A stretch of DNA of 32,000 nt from Ignicoccus hospitalis KIN4/I. GTDB lineage: Archaea > Thermoproteota > Thermoprotei_A > Sulfolobales > Ignicoccaceae. Position numbers and translations under genes: made by a program. Within the stretch, counting starts at the first letter, position 1, and every line of letters begins with the position of its first letter. The stretch covers positions 300,001 through 332,000 of the forward strand of contig NC_009776.1 in the NCBI RefSeq assembly GCF_000017945.1. Direction: 5' to 3'. Positions 1 to 8,647 of the stretch are shown one piece after another. The notes beneath the pieces were generated by a model. That model was not told the DNA's origin. It made no database searches and saw only the letters and a program-made list of their open reading frames with translations.

Positions 1-146
1 TCGTAGTCCACCATCTTCTCGTCGCAGCCCCTCCCGCCTTGGTCCAGCGGGAGGACGTCTTGGATTGCTTCCTCCACCTCGTCTTGCGGCATGAGGACTA
101 CTGTGCTGTCTGGGTGCTGGGTGGCCATCAGCTTGGGAACCTTCAC
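1..146 (-). CDS. ppcA: archaeal-type phosphoenolpyruvate carboxylase, N-terminal fragment (gene continues past the left edge)
   Basis: Minus-strand translation from GTG (146-144) reads VKVPKLMATQHPDSTVVLMPQDEVEEAIQDVLPLDQGGRGCDEKMVDY. The LM(A/S)TQHPD and xDExMxD(Y/F)E motifs match the conserved N-terminus of archaeal PepcA as I remember it. It is absent from the ORF track because it is truncated. ATG at 128-126 is an alternative start. Confidence 0.6.
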   Translation of the reverse strand, partial: MKVPKLMATQHPDSTVVLMPQDEVEEAIQDVLPLDQGGRGCDEKMVDY

Positions 147-182
147 CGTCCCTACCTCTAGCGGGCCTTGTGTAAATGTGGG

Positions 183-189
183 TATATAT
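183..189. promoter_or_regulatory. TATA-like element (tatatat) in the short divergent ppcA / pus10 intergenic region
   Basis: AT-rich heptamer in an otherwise GC-rich spacer. It lies about 37-43 nt from the ppcA GTG (146) and about 50 nt from the proposed pus10 TTG (240). Position only, no experimental support. Confidence 0.3.
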
Positions 190-239
190 CCACTGCTTCA
201 GCGGCTATAACCGCTCCGACGGAGGGCGAGGGGGAGCGC

Positions 240-1523
240 TTGAGGATAACGGAAGAGGCCTTGGAGGTGGTGAAACACTACCCCCTATGCGACCACTGCT
301 TGGGCTCCTTGTTCGCCAGGCTGGGCAAGGGCTTGGGGAACGAGCACAGGGGAGAAGCCATAAGAAGAGTAATTATCATGGAGTTGGATAGAATGGTCAG
401 AGAAGGGGAAATAAAAAAGGAGGAGGCAGAAAAGATAATGAGTAACTTCGATTCTGACGAGGTGGAGGAGCTGGCTAAGAACATGGGCTACTCCGTCCGG
501 AGGAGGAGCTGTTACGTCTGCGGGGGCAAGTGGAGGGAGCTGGTGGAGGAGTGGAGTAAGAAGGTAGTAGACGCCTTGAAGGAGTACGAGTTCGACACGT
601 TCTTGGTGGGCTGTTCGGACTGCGGGGGAATGGTCGAGAGGCAGAGGGAGATAATAAGCGCCTTTAGGCTCCCGTACGCCGAGAGCGTGAAGAACTCGCT
701 GAAGAGGGAAGTGGGCAAGAGGGTCAAGGAGCTCCTCGGAAAGGAGCCGGACTTCGAGGACCCGCACGTGGTCGCAATAATGAACTTGAGGGAGGACAAG
801 GTAGACTTACAAATAAAGCCCGTGTTTATATACGGCATATACAAGAAGAAGGCGAGGAACGTCTCCCAGAGCGAGTGGAAGTACCCGTATTCGGTGGAGA
901 GGGCGGTTAGGAAGGCCCTATCCCCCTTCGGAGGGGAGGTGGTCCTCCACGCCTCCGGGAGGGAGGACGTGGACGTGAGGGCCTTGGGGACGGGCAGACC
1001 CTTCGTGGCGGAGGTGAAGAGGCCTAAGAGGAGGAGGCTCCCGGTAGAGGGCTCGGAGTACGAGGACGAGCTGGTGTGGCTCAGGTTCGAGCGCTACGTG
1101 AACCGCGACTGGGTACAGAGGGTGAAGGGCGACGAGTCCAAGAAGGAGAAGGTCTACTTGGCCTTGGTTTACGTGCCCGAAGGCGTGGACGAGGGGGACT
1201 TGAGGGCCCTAGAGGAGTTCTTCGAGGACGTGACGATAAAGCAGAGGACGCCCAAGAGGGTGCTCCACAGGAGGGCGGACGTGGTGAGGGAGAGGAAGGT
1301 GTACTGGGTCAAGGCAAGGAAGCTCAACGACAAGTCCTTCGAGGCCCTCATAAAGGCCCAAGGGGGCCTCTACATAAAGGAGCTGGTGAGCGGGGACGAG
1401 GGGAGGACCGAACCCTCCTTCAGCTCCTTCTTAGGGAAGGAAGCGACCTGCGCGAGCTTGGACGTTGTCTGGGTCTCCTTGCCACAGGCCGAGCTTCGAG
1501 GCGGAGGAGAGGAGCGCGGATAG
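240..1523 (+). CDS. pus10: tRNA pseudouridine(54/55) synthase Pus10
   Basis: The translation has the N-terminal Zn-binding motif YPLCDHCLGSLFARLG and a second Cys pair CYVCGG. It also has the catalytic-region motif GREDVDVRALGTGRPFVAEV and the C-terminal GGLYIKELVSGDEGRT, all typical of archaeal Pus10. The track start (168) lies only 22 nt from the divergent ppcA start. TTG at 240 gives MRITEEALEVVKHYPLCDHC, the usual Pus10 N-terminus. Confidence 0.85.
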   Translation: MRITEEALEVVKHYPLCDHCLGSLFARLGKGLGNEHRGEAIRRVIIMELDRMVREGEIKKEEAEKIMSNFDSDEVEELAKNMGYSVRRRSCYVCGGKWRELVEEWSKKVVDALKEYEFDTFLVGCSDCGGMVERQREIISAFRLPYAESVKNSLKREVGKRVKELLGKEPDFEDPHVVAIMNLREDKVDLQIKPVFIYGIYKKKARNVSQSEWKYPYSVERAVRKALSPFGGEVVLHASGREDVDVRALGTGRPFVAEVKRPKRRRLPVEGSEYEDELVWLRFERYVNRDWVQRVKGDESKKEKVYLALVYVPEGVDEGDLRALEEFFEDVTIKQRTPKRVLHRRADVVRERKVYWVKARKLNDKSFEALIKAQGGLYIKELVSGDEGRTEPSFSSFLGKEATCASLDVVWVSLPQAELRGGGEERG

Positions 1524-2267
1524 CACCCTTTCGTCCCTCCCGAAGAACAGGTTGCCCACCACGCTCACCTCGTCCGTGGGGAAGGACTCGTAAACCTCCG
1601 GCACGGGGACGCCGGCCCTCTTGATAATCAAGTAGGCCCCGGCGACGTCCACGTTCCTTATCTTGTTCCTAACGTCCACGAGCGCCAACAGCTTCCCCCT
1701 CGCGACGTTTACCATGTCGAGCGCTATGGCCCCTGGCACCCTTACCTTGGGCCTTCCCAAGAGCTTCCTCAGCTCTACTAAGTACTTGCTCTGCCTCTCG
1801 TCCTCGGGCTCGCCGTAGAATACCAACACCTTCTCCGGGGCCCCGGGAATAACCTCGCCCTCCCCGGAGTAGGCCTTGTCGGAGGCGGAGTAGCAAGGGT
1901 GCCCGAAGCCCGGGCAGACGGCCGAGGCCACCAAGGTTGAGAAGTCCTCCCCCTCGGCTATGGCCACGCTCACCGCCCAGTGGGGGGAGCCCACGGCGTA
2001 GTTCAAGCTCCCGTCCAAGGGGTCCACCACAGCGTAGGGAGGCCCCTCGCCCACCACCCCCTTCTCTTCGGTAACTATACCCCCTTTGAAGCCTTCTTCT
2101 CTCAACGTTTTTATTATTAAGTCCTCCACTTCTAAGTCTATTTTCCTGCTCACGTCGCTCTTGTGCTCTTCTACGACCTTCAAGTAACTTTCGTCTAAGA
2201 ACTTAGACCTCAAGAAGTCCCTAGCCCTTTCGGCTACCTTTAAGGCGAGCTTACGGGGTCCTTCCAA
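1431..2267 (-). CDS. suhB: inositol monophosphatase / fructose-1,6-bisphosphatase family protein
   Basis: IMPase-family motifs are present: EEKG...PYAVVDPLDGSLNY and WAVSVA. At 278 aa the size fits the archaeal IMPase/FBPase type. TTG start at 2267. The 3' end overlaps pus10 convergently by 93 nt. Confidence 0.8.
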   Translation of the reverse strand: MEGPRKLALKVAERARDFLRSKFLDESYLKVVEEHKSDVSRKIDLEVEDLIIKTLREEGFKGGIVTEEKGVVGEGPPYAVVDPLDGSLNYAVGSPHWAVSVAIAEGEDFSTLVASAVCPGFGHPCYSASDKAYSGEGEVIPGAPEKVLVFYGEPEDERQSKYLVELRKLLGRPKVRVPGAIALDMVNVARGKLLALVDVRNKIRNVDVAGAYLIIKRAGVPVPEVYESFPTDEVSVVGNLFFGRDERVLSALLSSASKLGLWQGDPDNVQARAGRFLP

Positions 2268-2910
2268 CCTCTCCCACCTCCGCCCCTCTGCGCTCTAAGA
2301 ACTTCACTATTTCCTCAACCGCCTTCTCGACGTCCTCCTCCGGAACCCCGGGGACCCCGGCGCCCGCTACCAGCGCGTTCTTAGTGTTCAAGGTAACCAT
2401 GGTCCTCCTCGAGTCCCTATATGGAAAGAGGTGCATGGGCCCCTTCTCGTCGGCCAAGACTATTTCTATCCCTTTCAGCTCGAAGGGGTCGGAGCCTATG
2501 GGCTCGAAGGGTTCGCCCCTTTCAGCCCTCCTCAGCGTCATATTACCAACTACGTTGTCTAAGTCGTAAATTCCTATAGGTACTAGGTATTTCAAGCTTA
2601 TCGCGTTGCCCAAGTCCACGAGCGAGTTTATCCTCGGCAGCCTCCCCCTCAGGGCCCTCCTCGCGAGGGCCTCGGAGGAGGGCCTCACCTTGGTGGGGTC
2701 TATCCCCATGTCCCACATGAACTTCCTATACGCCCTTACCTTCGGGTCCTCCTTTAGGGACTCTAAGGTGAGCCTCGCGCGGGCCCCCTCCTCAGCTTCC
2801 CTCAATAAGGCCTCGACCTCGTCGTCGGCCTCCTTGACCTCCACGCCCTTCACGACGGCGAAGTAGAGGTAGGCCCCCTTCTCCTTCGAGTACGCGTCCC
2901 TCGATATCAA
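2251..2910 (-). CDS. B3/B4 (PheRS-beta-like) tRNA-binding domain protein
   Basis: 219 aa. The pattern RPSSEALARRALRG..LPRINSLVDLGNAISLKYLVPIGIYDLD resembles stand-alone B3_4 domain proteins. Family call is from memory only. Confidence 0.65.
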   Translation of the reverse strand: MISRDAYSKEKGAYLYFAVVKGVEVKEADDEVEALLREAEEGARARLTLESLKEDPKVRAYRKFMWDMGIDPTKVRPSSEALARRALRGRLPRINSLVDLGNAISLKYLVPIGIYDLDNVVGNMTLRRAERGEPFEPIGSDPFELKGIEIVLADEKGPMHLFPYRDSRRTMVTLNTKNALVAGAGVPGVPEEDVEKAVEEIVKFLERRGAEVGEVGRTP

Positions 2911-2943
2911 GGCTCCCCGTCCGAGGGCGTATGGGGAGGAAAA

Positions 2944-4341
2944 TCAAAGTAGCCTTTCGGCCATAGCCCTCCCGGCTATCACGCCAGTGGCAGCGGCCAC
3001 GTTTATGCCCCTCGAGAGCCCGGCCCCGTCGCCGGCGGCGTAAAGCCCGTCGACCACGGTCTCCATGTTGCGGTCCACCCTCGCCTTCATGCTGTAGTAC
3101 TTTATCTCCGGGGCGTAGAGCAAGGTGTGTGGCGAGAAGACTCCGGGTATTATGTAGTCTAAGCTCTTCAGGCCCTCCAGTATGTTGGTTATCACCCTGT
3201 ACGGGTAGGCCATGCTTATGTCGCCGGGCGTCACCTCCCTCAAGGTGGGCCTCACTATGCCCCTCTTGATCCTCTCCCAAGTGCTCCTCCTTCCGCTCTC
3301 CAAGTCAATTAGCCTCTGGACCAGCGGGTTCCCCCCTCCCAGCCTCGTGGCGAGCTTGGCTATGTTCTTCCCGTATTCTATGGTGTCTTCCATGGGGTCG
3401 GTTAAGTTTATAGTTACCAAGAAGGCGAAGTTGGTGTTGTCGCTCTTCTTGCTCAAGTACGCGTGGCCGTTTACGCCCACGGTCCCGTCGTCGTAGAGCT
3501 CCTTGACCACGAACCCCCTGTGGTTCGTACAGAAGGTCCTCACCTTGTCGTCGAACGTCTTCGTGTATATGATTATCTTAGGGTCTACTTCGACTTTTAT
3601 GACGTCCTCCATGACCGCCGCCGGGACCTCGACCCTTACCCCCACGTCCAAGGGCCCGGGCTCCAGCTCCACCCCGAGCTTCCGCGACACCTTCACGAAC
3701 CAGTCCGCTCCCCCTCTGCCGGGGGCCAGCAAGAGCAGCTTGGAGGTGAACTCTCCCTTGTTAGTCTTAACAACGAACCGGCTGTTGATCTTGTCCACGT
3801 CTATTGCTGTGGTGCCCACAATGAAGTCCACCCCACGCTCTTGCAAGAACTTAGTCATGTTATCTATCACTTTTACTGAGTTGTCCGTACCTATGTGCCT
3901 CTGCCTTATGGGCACGAACTTGGCCCCTACCTTGGCGGCCCTCTTCTCTATCTCCTTGGTGGCCTCCGGGTCGGGCTCGTGTAAGGTGTCGGGAGGGGCG
4001 CCAAACTTCAAGAACACTTGGTCCACGTACTCTATCAGCTCCCAAGCCTTCTCCCAGCTCCCCACGAGCTCGTGGAGGTCGCCGCCCACGTCGGGCCTCA
4101 AGTTTATCAGGCCGGAGGAGAGCGTGCCGGCGCCCCCCACGCCGTAGATTATGTGGCACGGCTCGCAGTAGGTACACTTCCCGACCTTGGGCTCTTGGAG
4201 CGGGCACTTCCTCTGGTGGGCGAAGTAGCCCTTCTCTATTATCCCTACCCTCAGCTTGCCCTCCCCTAAGGTGGCCAGCTCGTGGGCCGCGAACATCCCC
4301 GCGGGGCCAGCCCCCACTATTAGGACGTCGTACTCCTTCAC
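2944..4341 (-). CDS. FAD-dependent oxidoreductase (COG2509-like uncharacterised dehydrogenase)
   Basis: N-terminal dinucleotide-binding motif [17 protein letters not shown] Cys cluster [17 protein letters not shown] follows, and the C-terminal LYAAGDGAG motif is present. GTG start. Confidence 0.75.
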   Translation of the reverse strand: MKEYDVLIVGAGPAGMFAAHELATLGEGKLRVGIIEKGYFAHQRKCPLQEPKVGKCTYCEPCHIIYGVGGAGTLSSGLINLRPDVGGDLHELVGSWEKAWELIEYVDQVFLKFGAPPDTLHEPDPEATKEIEKRAAKVGAKFVPIRQRHIGTDNSVKVIDNMTKFLQERGVDFIVGTTAIDVDKINSRFVVKTNKGEFTSKLLLLAPGRGGADWFVKVSRKLGVELEPGPLDVGVRVEVPAAVMEDVIKVEVDPKIIIYTKTFDDKVRTFCTNHRGFVVKELYDDGTVGVNGHAYLSKKSDNTNFAFLVTINLTDPMEDTIEYGKNIAKLATRLGGGNPLVQRLIDLESGRRSTWERIKRGIVRPTLREVTPGDISMAYPYRVITNILEGLKSLDYIIPGVFSPHTLLYAPEIKYYSMKARVDRNMETVVDGLYAAGDGAGLSRGINVAAATGVIAGRAMAERLL

Positions 4342-4342
4342 C

Positions 4343-5362
4343 TCAACACACCCCCACGGTCTCCAGAGCTTCCGGGCCGGTTCCCACGTAACAGACCGGG
4401 ACGCCCACCTCTTTCTCTATATCGCTGATCCAGAGCCTCGCCTCGGGCGGCAAGTCGCTCCACGAGGTGACCCCCTTCGCCTTGGGGAACAGTACGTCTA
4501 TCTTCGTTATTGCAATTTTGGTCGCGCCGTTGGCCCTCGCCGCCCTCTTGAGTAAGTCCAAGTTCTCCTCCAGAGGGGCCGCCCTCCTCGGCCTGCCGGT
4601 TACAGTGCCCCTCTCTACCATGCCCCTCCTCTGGAGCTCCTCCAAGCTCAGCTCTCCCTTGAGGGGTCCCTCCCCGACCCTCGTTACGAAAGACTTAGTG
4701 ACCAATATGACGTCCTCCACGTCCGAAGGGGCCAGCCCGGTCTCGCTTAGGAGGGCCCCGGCGGTGACGTCCCTAGAGGTCACGTACGGGTACGTGCCGT
4801 GGAACAAGCTCAACCCGAAGCCTTGTGTGCCCTCCACGTGGACCACTTTATAAGAATCCACCGCGTCGTAGAGCAATGAGGGCACGTCCGTAACCGTTGC
4901 GTACTTTTCAATTTCTTCTTTGAAGTCTCTGGCTAGCTTGAGCCTCCTCATTACTCTGTCGCTCATCGCTGCCCCGACTCCCGTGAGGGTCGAGCCTATC
5001 CTCGACCTCAAGTGGGCGTCCTCCCTCTCCCTCCTGACGTGCTCTTCCTCAATAATTCCGGTATTTTCGTCAACGAATACCCTCTCTTTCGAAATTCCGA
5101 GCTCCTTCACTTCGTTCGCCAGAACCCCTACGCTTATCAAAGCTCCCGGGGCGACGGCGGCCTTGCAGACGTCACACGTCACCGTCCCTGAGGGCAAGGC
5201 CCTAAGCTTGTACTCCTTACCCATGTGTACTACCGTGTGGCCAGCGTTTATCGCCCCGGTCCTCACTAGGAACTCGGGCCTCTCGACGAAGGATAGGTAA
5301 GCCGCTACTTTGCCCTTACCCTCGTCCCCGAAGAGCGCGCCTACCACGAGCCTAACTGGCAC
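4343..5362 (-). CDS. purA: adenylosuccinate synthetase (short archaeal form)
   Basis: N-terminal P-loop [12 protein letters not shown], then GAINAGHTV and the TKIDVL motif. 339 aa. GTG start. Confidence 0.9.
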   Translation of the reverse strand: MPVRLVVGALFGDEGKGKVAAYLSFVERPEFLVRTGAINAGHTVVHMGKEYKLRALPSGTVTCDVCKAAVAPGALISVGVLANEVKELGISKERVFVDENTGIIEEEHVRREREDAHLRSRIGSTLTGVGAAMSDRVMRRLKLARDFKEEIEKYATVTDVPSLLYDAVDSYKVVHVEGTQGFGLSLFHGTYPYVTSRDVTAGALLSETGLAPSDVEDVILVTKSFVTRVGEGPLKGELSLEELQRRGMVERGTVTGRPRRAAPLEENLDLLKRAARANGATKIAITKIDVLFPKAKGVTSWSDLPPEARLWISDIEKEVGVPVCYVGTGPEALETVGVC

Positions 5363-5397
5363 CCAAGTACCCTTGTGGGCGCGCTCGCGCGTCCAGG

Positions 5398-5405
5398 ATA
5401 TAAAA
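5398..5405 (-). promoter_or_regulatory. TATA-like box (minus strand TTTTATAT) upstream of purA
   Basis: Lies 36-43 nt upstream of the purA GTG (5362), in the 45-nt gap directly after the tyrS stop. Confidence 0.35.
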
Positions 5406-5407
5406 CT

Positions 5408-6544
5408 TCACCTAGTTATCTGTATCTCCTTCATTTCCTCGAGGTATTTCTTGCCCGGCCCCTCTACGAAGTACTCCCTAACGGGCTTCAGCATCTCAAC
5501 CAAGTACTCCGCCACGGCCAACTTGAGGTCCAGCGGGTGTAAGGCCTTGGCGGCGAAGTCCCTTTCCACCTCTTGATAACTCTTGTACTCCTTCCTCTCT
5601 CCCGTCTTCTTGTTTACTACTTCGAAGCTCCTCCCCAAGTCCTCCAACCAAGGGAACACCACGTACTTCACTATTTCCAACACCGGGTTCATTTCGACCT
5701 CTCCAATAGGACAGTAGGCCCTCTTCAGTTTCCTCTTGATCTCCTCGGGGGAGTCGTGTACGAATATGGCGCTCTGGGGCACAGACTTGGACATTTTTAT
5801 TTCAACTATCCCTTCCTCGAAGGCCTCTCTATCGCCTTCCCTCTTAGCCTTCAACAGCTTCTCCCTCGTCTCTTCATCTATGTGAAGGCCCAGTAGCAAG
5901 TGGTGGTGGAGCGCCACGGGCTTGTAGCCGAACTCCTTGGGCCCCACCTCTATTGCTATTACGTGCGCCTTCCTCTGGTCCATTCCGCCGTGGGCCAAGT
6001 TAACCCCGAGGGAGAATATGTCGGCCACTTGCATTGGCACGTAAACCAGCTGTCCGAAGTTCACCGACTCGCCCTCCTTCCTCCCCATTATTGTTATGCT
6101 CCTCTTTACCCTAGCTAGCGTTAGCCTGTTGGAAACTCTCAAGAAGTTTTCAAAGTACTTAATCCCGAGCTTCTCGAAGAACTCCGAGGCGAGTATTACC
6201 TCCACGGACTCCGGGTCCCCTCCTACGGCCTTTAGGGACTGGAGCAAGGCCTCCTTGAAGTAGCCCAACGCGACCCTCTTTATGGTGTCCAAGTCCCCGC
6301 CAAGCTTCTTGTTTATCCACGAGTGATAGTCTGCCAAAAACAAGGTCGTCTTAACTCCGGCCCTTTGTAAGTCGGCCACCTTCCTCATGGTAACTATTCC
6401 GGTTCCTAAGTGTACGAAGCCGGAGATCTCGAAGCCTATGTAGTGCTTCAGGGGGACCCCTTGTTCTATGTACTCCTTCAGGAGCTCGGGGGTGAGCACT
6501 TCCTCGGTGGGTTCCCTCATGATGAGTCTTATCTTCTCGTCCAC
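5408..6544 (-). CDS. tyrS: tyrosyl-tRNA synthetase (archaeal type)
   Basis: Class I aaRS signatures are present: [13 protein letters not shown] and KMSKS. Blocks close to M. jannaschii TyrS as I recall it: [51 protein letters not shown]. Confidence 0.9.
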   Translation of the reverse strand: MDEKIRLIMREPTEEVLTPELLKEYIEQGVPLKHYIGFEISGFVHLGTGIVTMRKVADLQRAGVKTTLFLADYHSWINKKLGGDLDTIKRVALGYFKEALLQSLKAVGGDPESVEVILASEFFEKLGIKYFENFLRVSNRLTLARVKRSITIMGRKEGESVNFGQLVYVPMQVADIFSLGVNLAHGGMDQRKAHVIAIEVGPKEFGYKPVALHHHLLLGLHIDEETREKLLKAKREGDREAFEEGIVEIKMSKSVPQSAIFVHDSPEEIKRKLKRAYCPIGEVEMNPVLEIVKYVVFPWLEDLGRSFEVVNKKTGERKEYKSYQEVERDFAAKALHPLDLKLAVAEYLVEMLKPVREYFVEGPGKKYLEEMKEIQITR

Positions 6545-6573
6545 CTCGCCTTACCCTGAGCGCGCGCGAAGCG

Positions 6574-6584
6574 AAATTTAATAT
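6574..6584. promoter_or_regulatory. AT-rich TATA-like element (aaatttaatat) in the divergent tyrS / tatA intergenic region
   Basis: Lies 30-40 nt upstream of the tyrS GTG (6544). A second ttataa at 6609-6614 sits 17-40 nt upstream of the candidate tatA starts. Confidence 0.35.
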
Positions 6585-6630
6585 CGACGAGCTCATGGGT
6601 TAGAGCGCTTATAACCTCCAAGGTCGCTCG

Positions 6631-6993
6631 GTGGCCGGTGGCAAGCGAGTGTTGCCCGTAGCCCTCTTCAGCCTAGGGCCCAACGAGATGCTGATACTGT
6701 TAATATTTGCCATCCTCTTGATCTTCGGTCCCTCTAAGATACCTGAGCTCGCGCGCAGCATAGGCGTGGCGGTCAGGGAGTTCAAGAAGGCCGCGGAGGG
6801 CGAGTACAGCGAAGAGGTGGAAGTTAAGAAGGGGACCTCCTCCGAGGGCGTGAGCGACGAGGAGCTCAAGGCCCTAGCTAAGAAGCTCGGCATAAGCACC
6901 GAAGGGAAGAGCGCTGAGGAATTAAAGAAGGAGATCCTCGAAGTGGCCAAGAAGGAGGGCCTCACCGGGGAGAAGAAGGAGGAAGGCTCCTAA
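6631..6993 (+). CDS. tatA: twin-arginine translocase subunit TatA/E with an extended C-terminal tail
   Basis: FSLGPNEMLILLIFAILLIFGPSKIPELARSIGVAVREFKKA is the canonical TatA TM helix, hinge (FGP) and amphipathic helix. The true start is probably GTG 6649 or TTG 6652 rather than 6631. Confidence 0.8.
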   Translation: MAGGKRVLPVALFSLGPNEMLILLIFAILLIFGPSKIPELARSIGVAVREFKKAAEGEYSEEVEVKKGTSSEGVSDEELKALAKKLGISTEGKSAEELKKEILEVAKKEGLTGEKKEEGS

Positions 6994-7009
6994 CCGATAA
7001 CGTCCTTTT

Positions 7010-7714
7010 GTGACCTCTCCTCCGGGGGGCTCAGTGGGCAAGATAATTTACGACCCCTCCTTGAGCGAGAGGGTTAAGGTTTACAAGGACAGGAGGCACG
7101 CCGGGAGGGTCCTTGGCTCCTTCATGAAGTCTCACTCCCTAATCCCAGACCTAATAATGGCCATACCGGCCGGCGGCGTCCCCGTGGCCTTAGAGGTCGC
7201 GAAGGTATTGGGAGTTAAGATGGACATTATTATAGTGAAGAAGGTCTTGTACCCTTGGACTACGGAGGCGGGCTTCGGCGCGGTGGGCCCCTTGGGGACC
7301 GTGGTCTTGGGCCCCAGCCCCCTCAGCGAGGAGGAGGTTAAGCTTCAGCTGGCTGAGGCCTTGAAGAAGGTGGAGGAGAGGGAGAGGCTGTTGAGGAAGG
7401 GGAAGCCCTACCCGGACCTCACCGGCTTGACGGTCGCGGTGGTGGACGACGGCATAGCCGCGGGCTACACCATGTTGGCTGCGGTGGAGGCGGTGAGGAA
7501 GATGGGGGCGAGGGAGGTGTGGGCAGCAGCGCCCACAGCCAGCGTGGACGGCGCCGAGAGGGTGGCCCGGAAGGCGGACTTGGTGATAGTTCCCAACTTG
7601 AGGAGCGGGCCCTACTTCGCGGTGGCGGAAGCCTACGAGGTCTGGTACGACCTGGACGAAGAGGAAGTCCTCCAACTATTAGAGGAGGCTAAAAGCTTAG
7701 GGCTACTTTTGTAA
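7010..7714 (+). CDS. type I phosphoribosyltransferase-fold protein (COG1926-like)
   Basis: YKDRRHAGRVLG..IPAGGVPVA at the N-terminus and the PRPP-binding loop VAVVDDGIAAGYTM. 234 aa. Confidence 0.7.
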   Translation: MTSPPGGSVGKIIYDPSLSERVKVYKDRRHAGRVLGSFMKSHSLIPDLIMAIPAGGVPVALEVAKVLGVKMDIIIVKKVLYPWTTEAGFGAVGPLGTVVLGPSPLSEEEVKLQLAEALKKVEERERLLRKGKPYPDLTGLTVAVVDDGIAAGYTMLAAVEAVRKMGAREVWAAAPTASVDGAERVARKADLVIVPNLRSGPYFAVAEAYEVWYDLDEEEVLQLLEEAKSLGLLL

Positions 7715-7764
7715 CGCAGAACAACTTGGAGTACGGGTCTGTCCTACTGCCCAAGTTCCTTTCC

Positions 7765-7778
7765 GTATATGCTTAAAA
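7765..7778 (+). promoter_or_regulatory. TATA-like element (tatatgcttaaaag) upstream of the disrupted prepilin-like gene
   Basis: The only AT-rich block between the PRTase stop (7714) and the prepilin-like ORF. It sits about 50 nt upstream of GTG 7826 and 30 nt upstream of TTG 7808. Confidence 0.3.
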
Positions 7779-7825
7779 GCGAAAGTAGTAATACGTACCG
7801 AACGGCGTTGAGAAACGATCCCAGA

Positions 7826-8640
7826 GTGGCGTTAAGACGAGGGGGCTTAGGCAGCATAACCTCCATCGTGTTCATAACTCTAATAATACTAATGGCGCTG
7901 TTCTTGTTCGTCAAAATAACAAGCGTGTAGTTGGAAATACTTAAGGGGGTCAAGAAGCTCGTCGTGAAGACCGAGCTAGGGGGCTCGGCCGCGGAGATGT
8001 GTGCGGACGTGGTCTACGCGTGTTCTATAGGAGACCTCACTTTCCAACAGTCCAAGCCCTACCTAGTGTTCCACTGCGCCCCGCCGGAAGAGGGAAGGAA
8101 GATAAGGGCGGTGGAGGTCAAGCTCGAGGTCCTCTACACGACCACCGGGGAGAAGAAGGAGTTCGTGTTGTACATACCTAAGGAAAGGATTACGACCGTT
8201 AACGGGGTGGCCGTAAAGCACGTAAGCGCCCCTGGGGCGGCTTGCGGCCAAGAGGCCTCCGTGCTGGAGGACGTCGTAGGCTACGTCGACCCCGAAGGAG
8301 GGGGCGGCCGACACAATACTAATCTTGGACGACTGCGAGGGCCCCCTAAAGGCCTTAGAACGAGTCTACAGCGAGGTTGGGGTAGTCAAGTTCAACGACG
8401 TGGACGTGAAGCTGGCGCTCTTCGTGAGGGTCCTAGTCCCCGGAGAGCTCAAGGGCCTATCCTTAGAGGTCCAAGGGGAGCCCCAAGGTAGTGCAAGTGG
8501 AGAAGAGGCCCTTAAGCCAAGGGCTCTACTTGTTATGCTTCGAAGGTACTCAAAGGTACAACGTAACGGACGTGAAGCTCCTAGGTTTTCCCGCGTGGGC
8601 TGAGCCTACCTTTAACCCCTCCCGTAAGGCCTTCCCGGGC
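7826..8640 (+). pseudogene. disrupted prepilin-like (class III signal) gene: in-frame TAG plus two +1 frame changes
   Basis: An unlisted short ORF (alternative starts ATG 7769, TTG 7808, GTG 7826) reads ...VALRRGGLGSITSIVFITLIILMALFLFVKITSV and ends at TAG 7928-7930. The same frame continues directly into track ORF 7931-8491. Protein-like translation then moves to frame +1 near the G5 run (8300-8304), track ORF 8325-8603. It moves again to +1 near GGGGAGCCCC (8475-8484), track ORF 8491-8739. Beyond each switch point the old frame becomes R/G/P-rich nonsense. Confidence 0.45.
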
Positions 8641-8647
8641 CTAGGAC

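Noticed and set aside
168-239. N-terminal extension of pus10 in the track (MCKCGYISTASAAITAPTEGEGER)
   Set aside because: It would leave only 22 nt between divergent start codons, and it covers the TATA-like element. Pus10 homologues begin just before the YPLCDHCLG motif, which fits TTG 240.
1076-1624. Long alternative-frame ORFs inside housekeeping genes (e.g. 1076-1624, 2792-3280, 16273-16716, 17215-17850, 29659-30141)
   Set aside because: They are Arg/Gly/Pro-rich translations with no motifs. Such ORFs are expected in GC-rich DNA, and each lies wholly within a gene with strong family signatures in another frame.
7744-7953. 69-aa minus-strand ORF from the track in the AT-rich stretch after the PRTase gene
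   Set aside because: It is exactly antisense to the prepilin-like N-terminal ORF. That plus-strand ORF has a far more convincing layout (basic N-terminus, RRGG, a hydrophobic helix) and continues in frame into ORF 7931. The minus-strand translation has no recognisable features.
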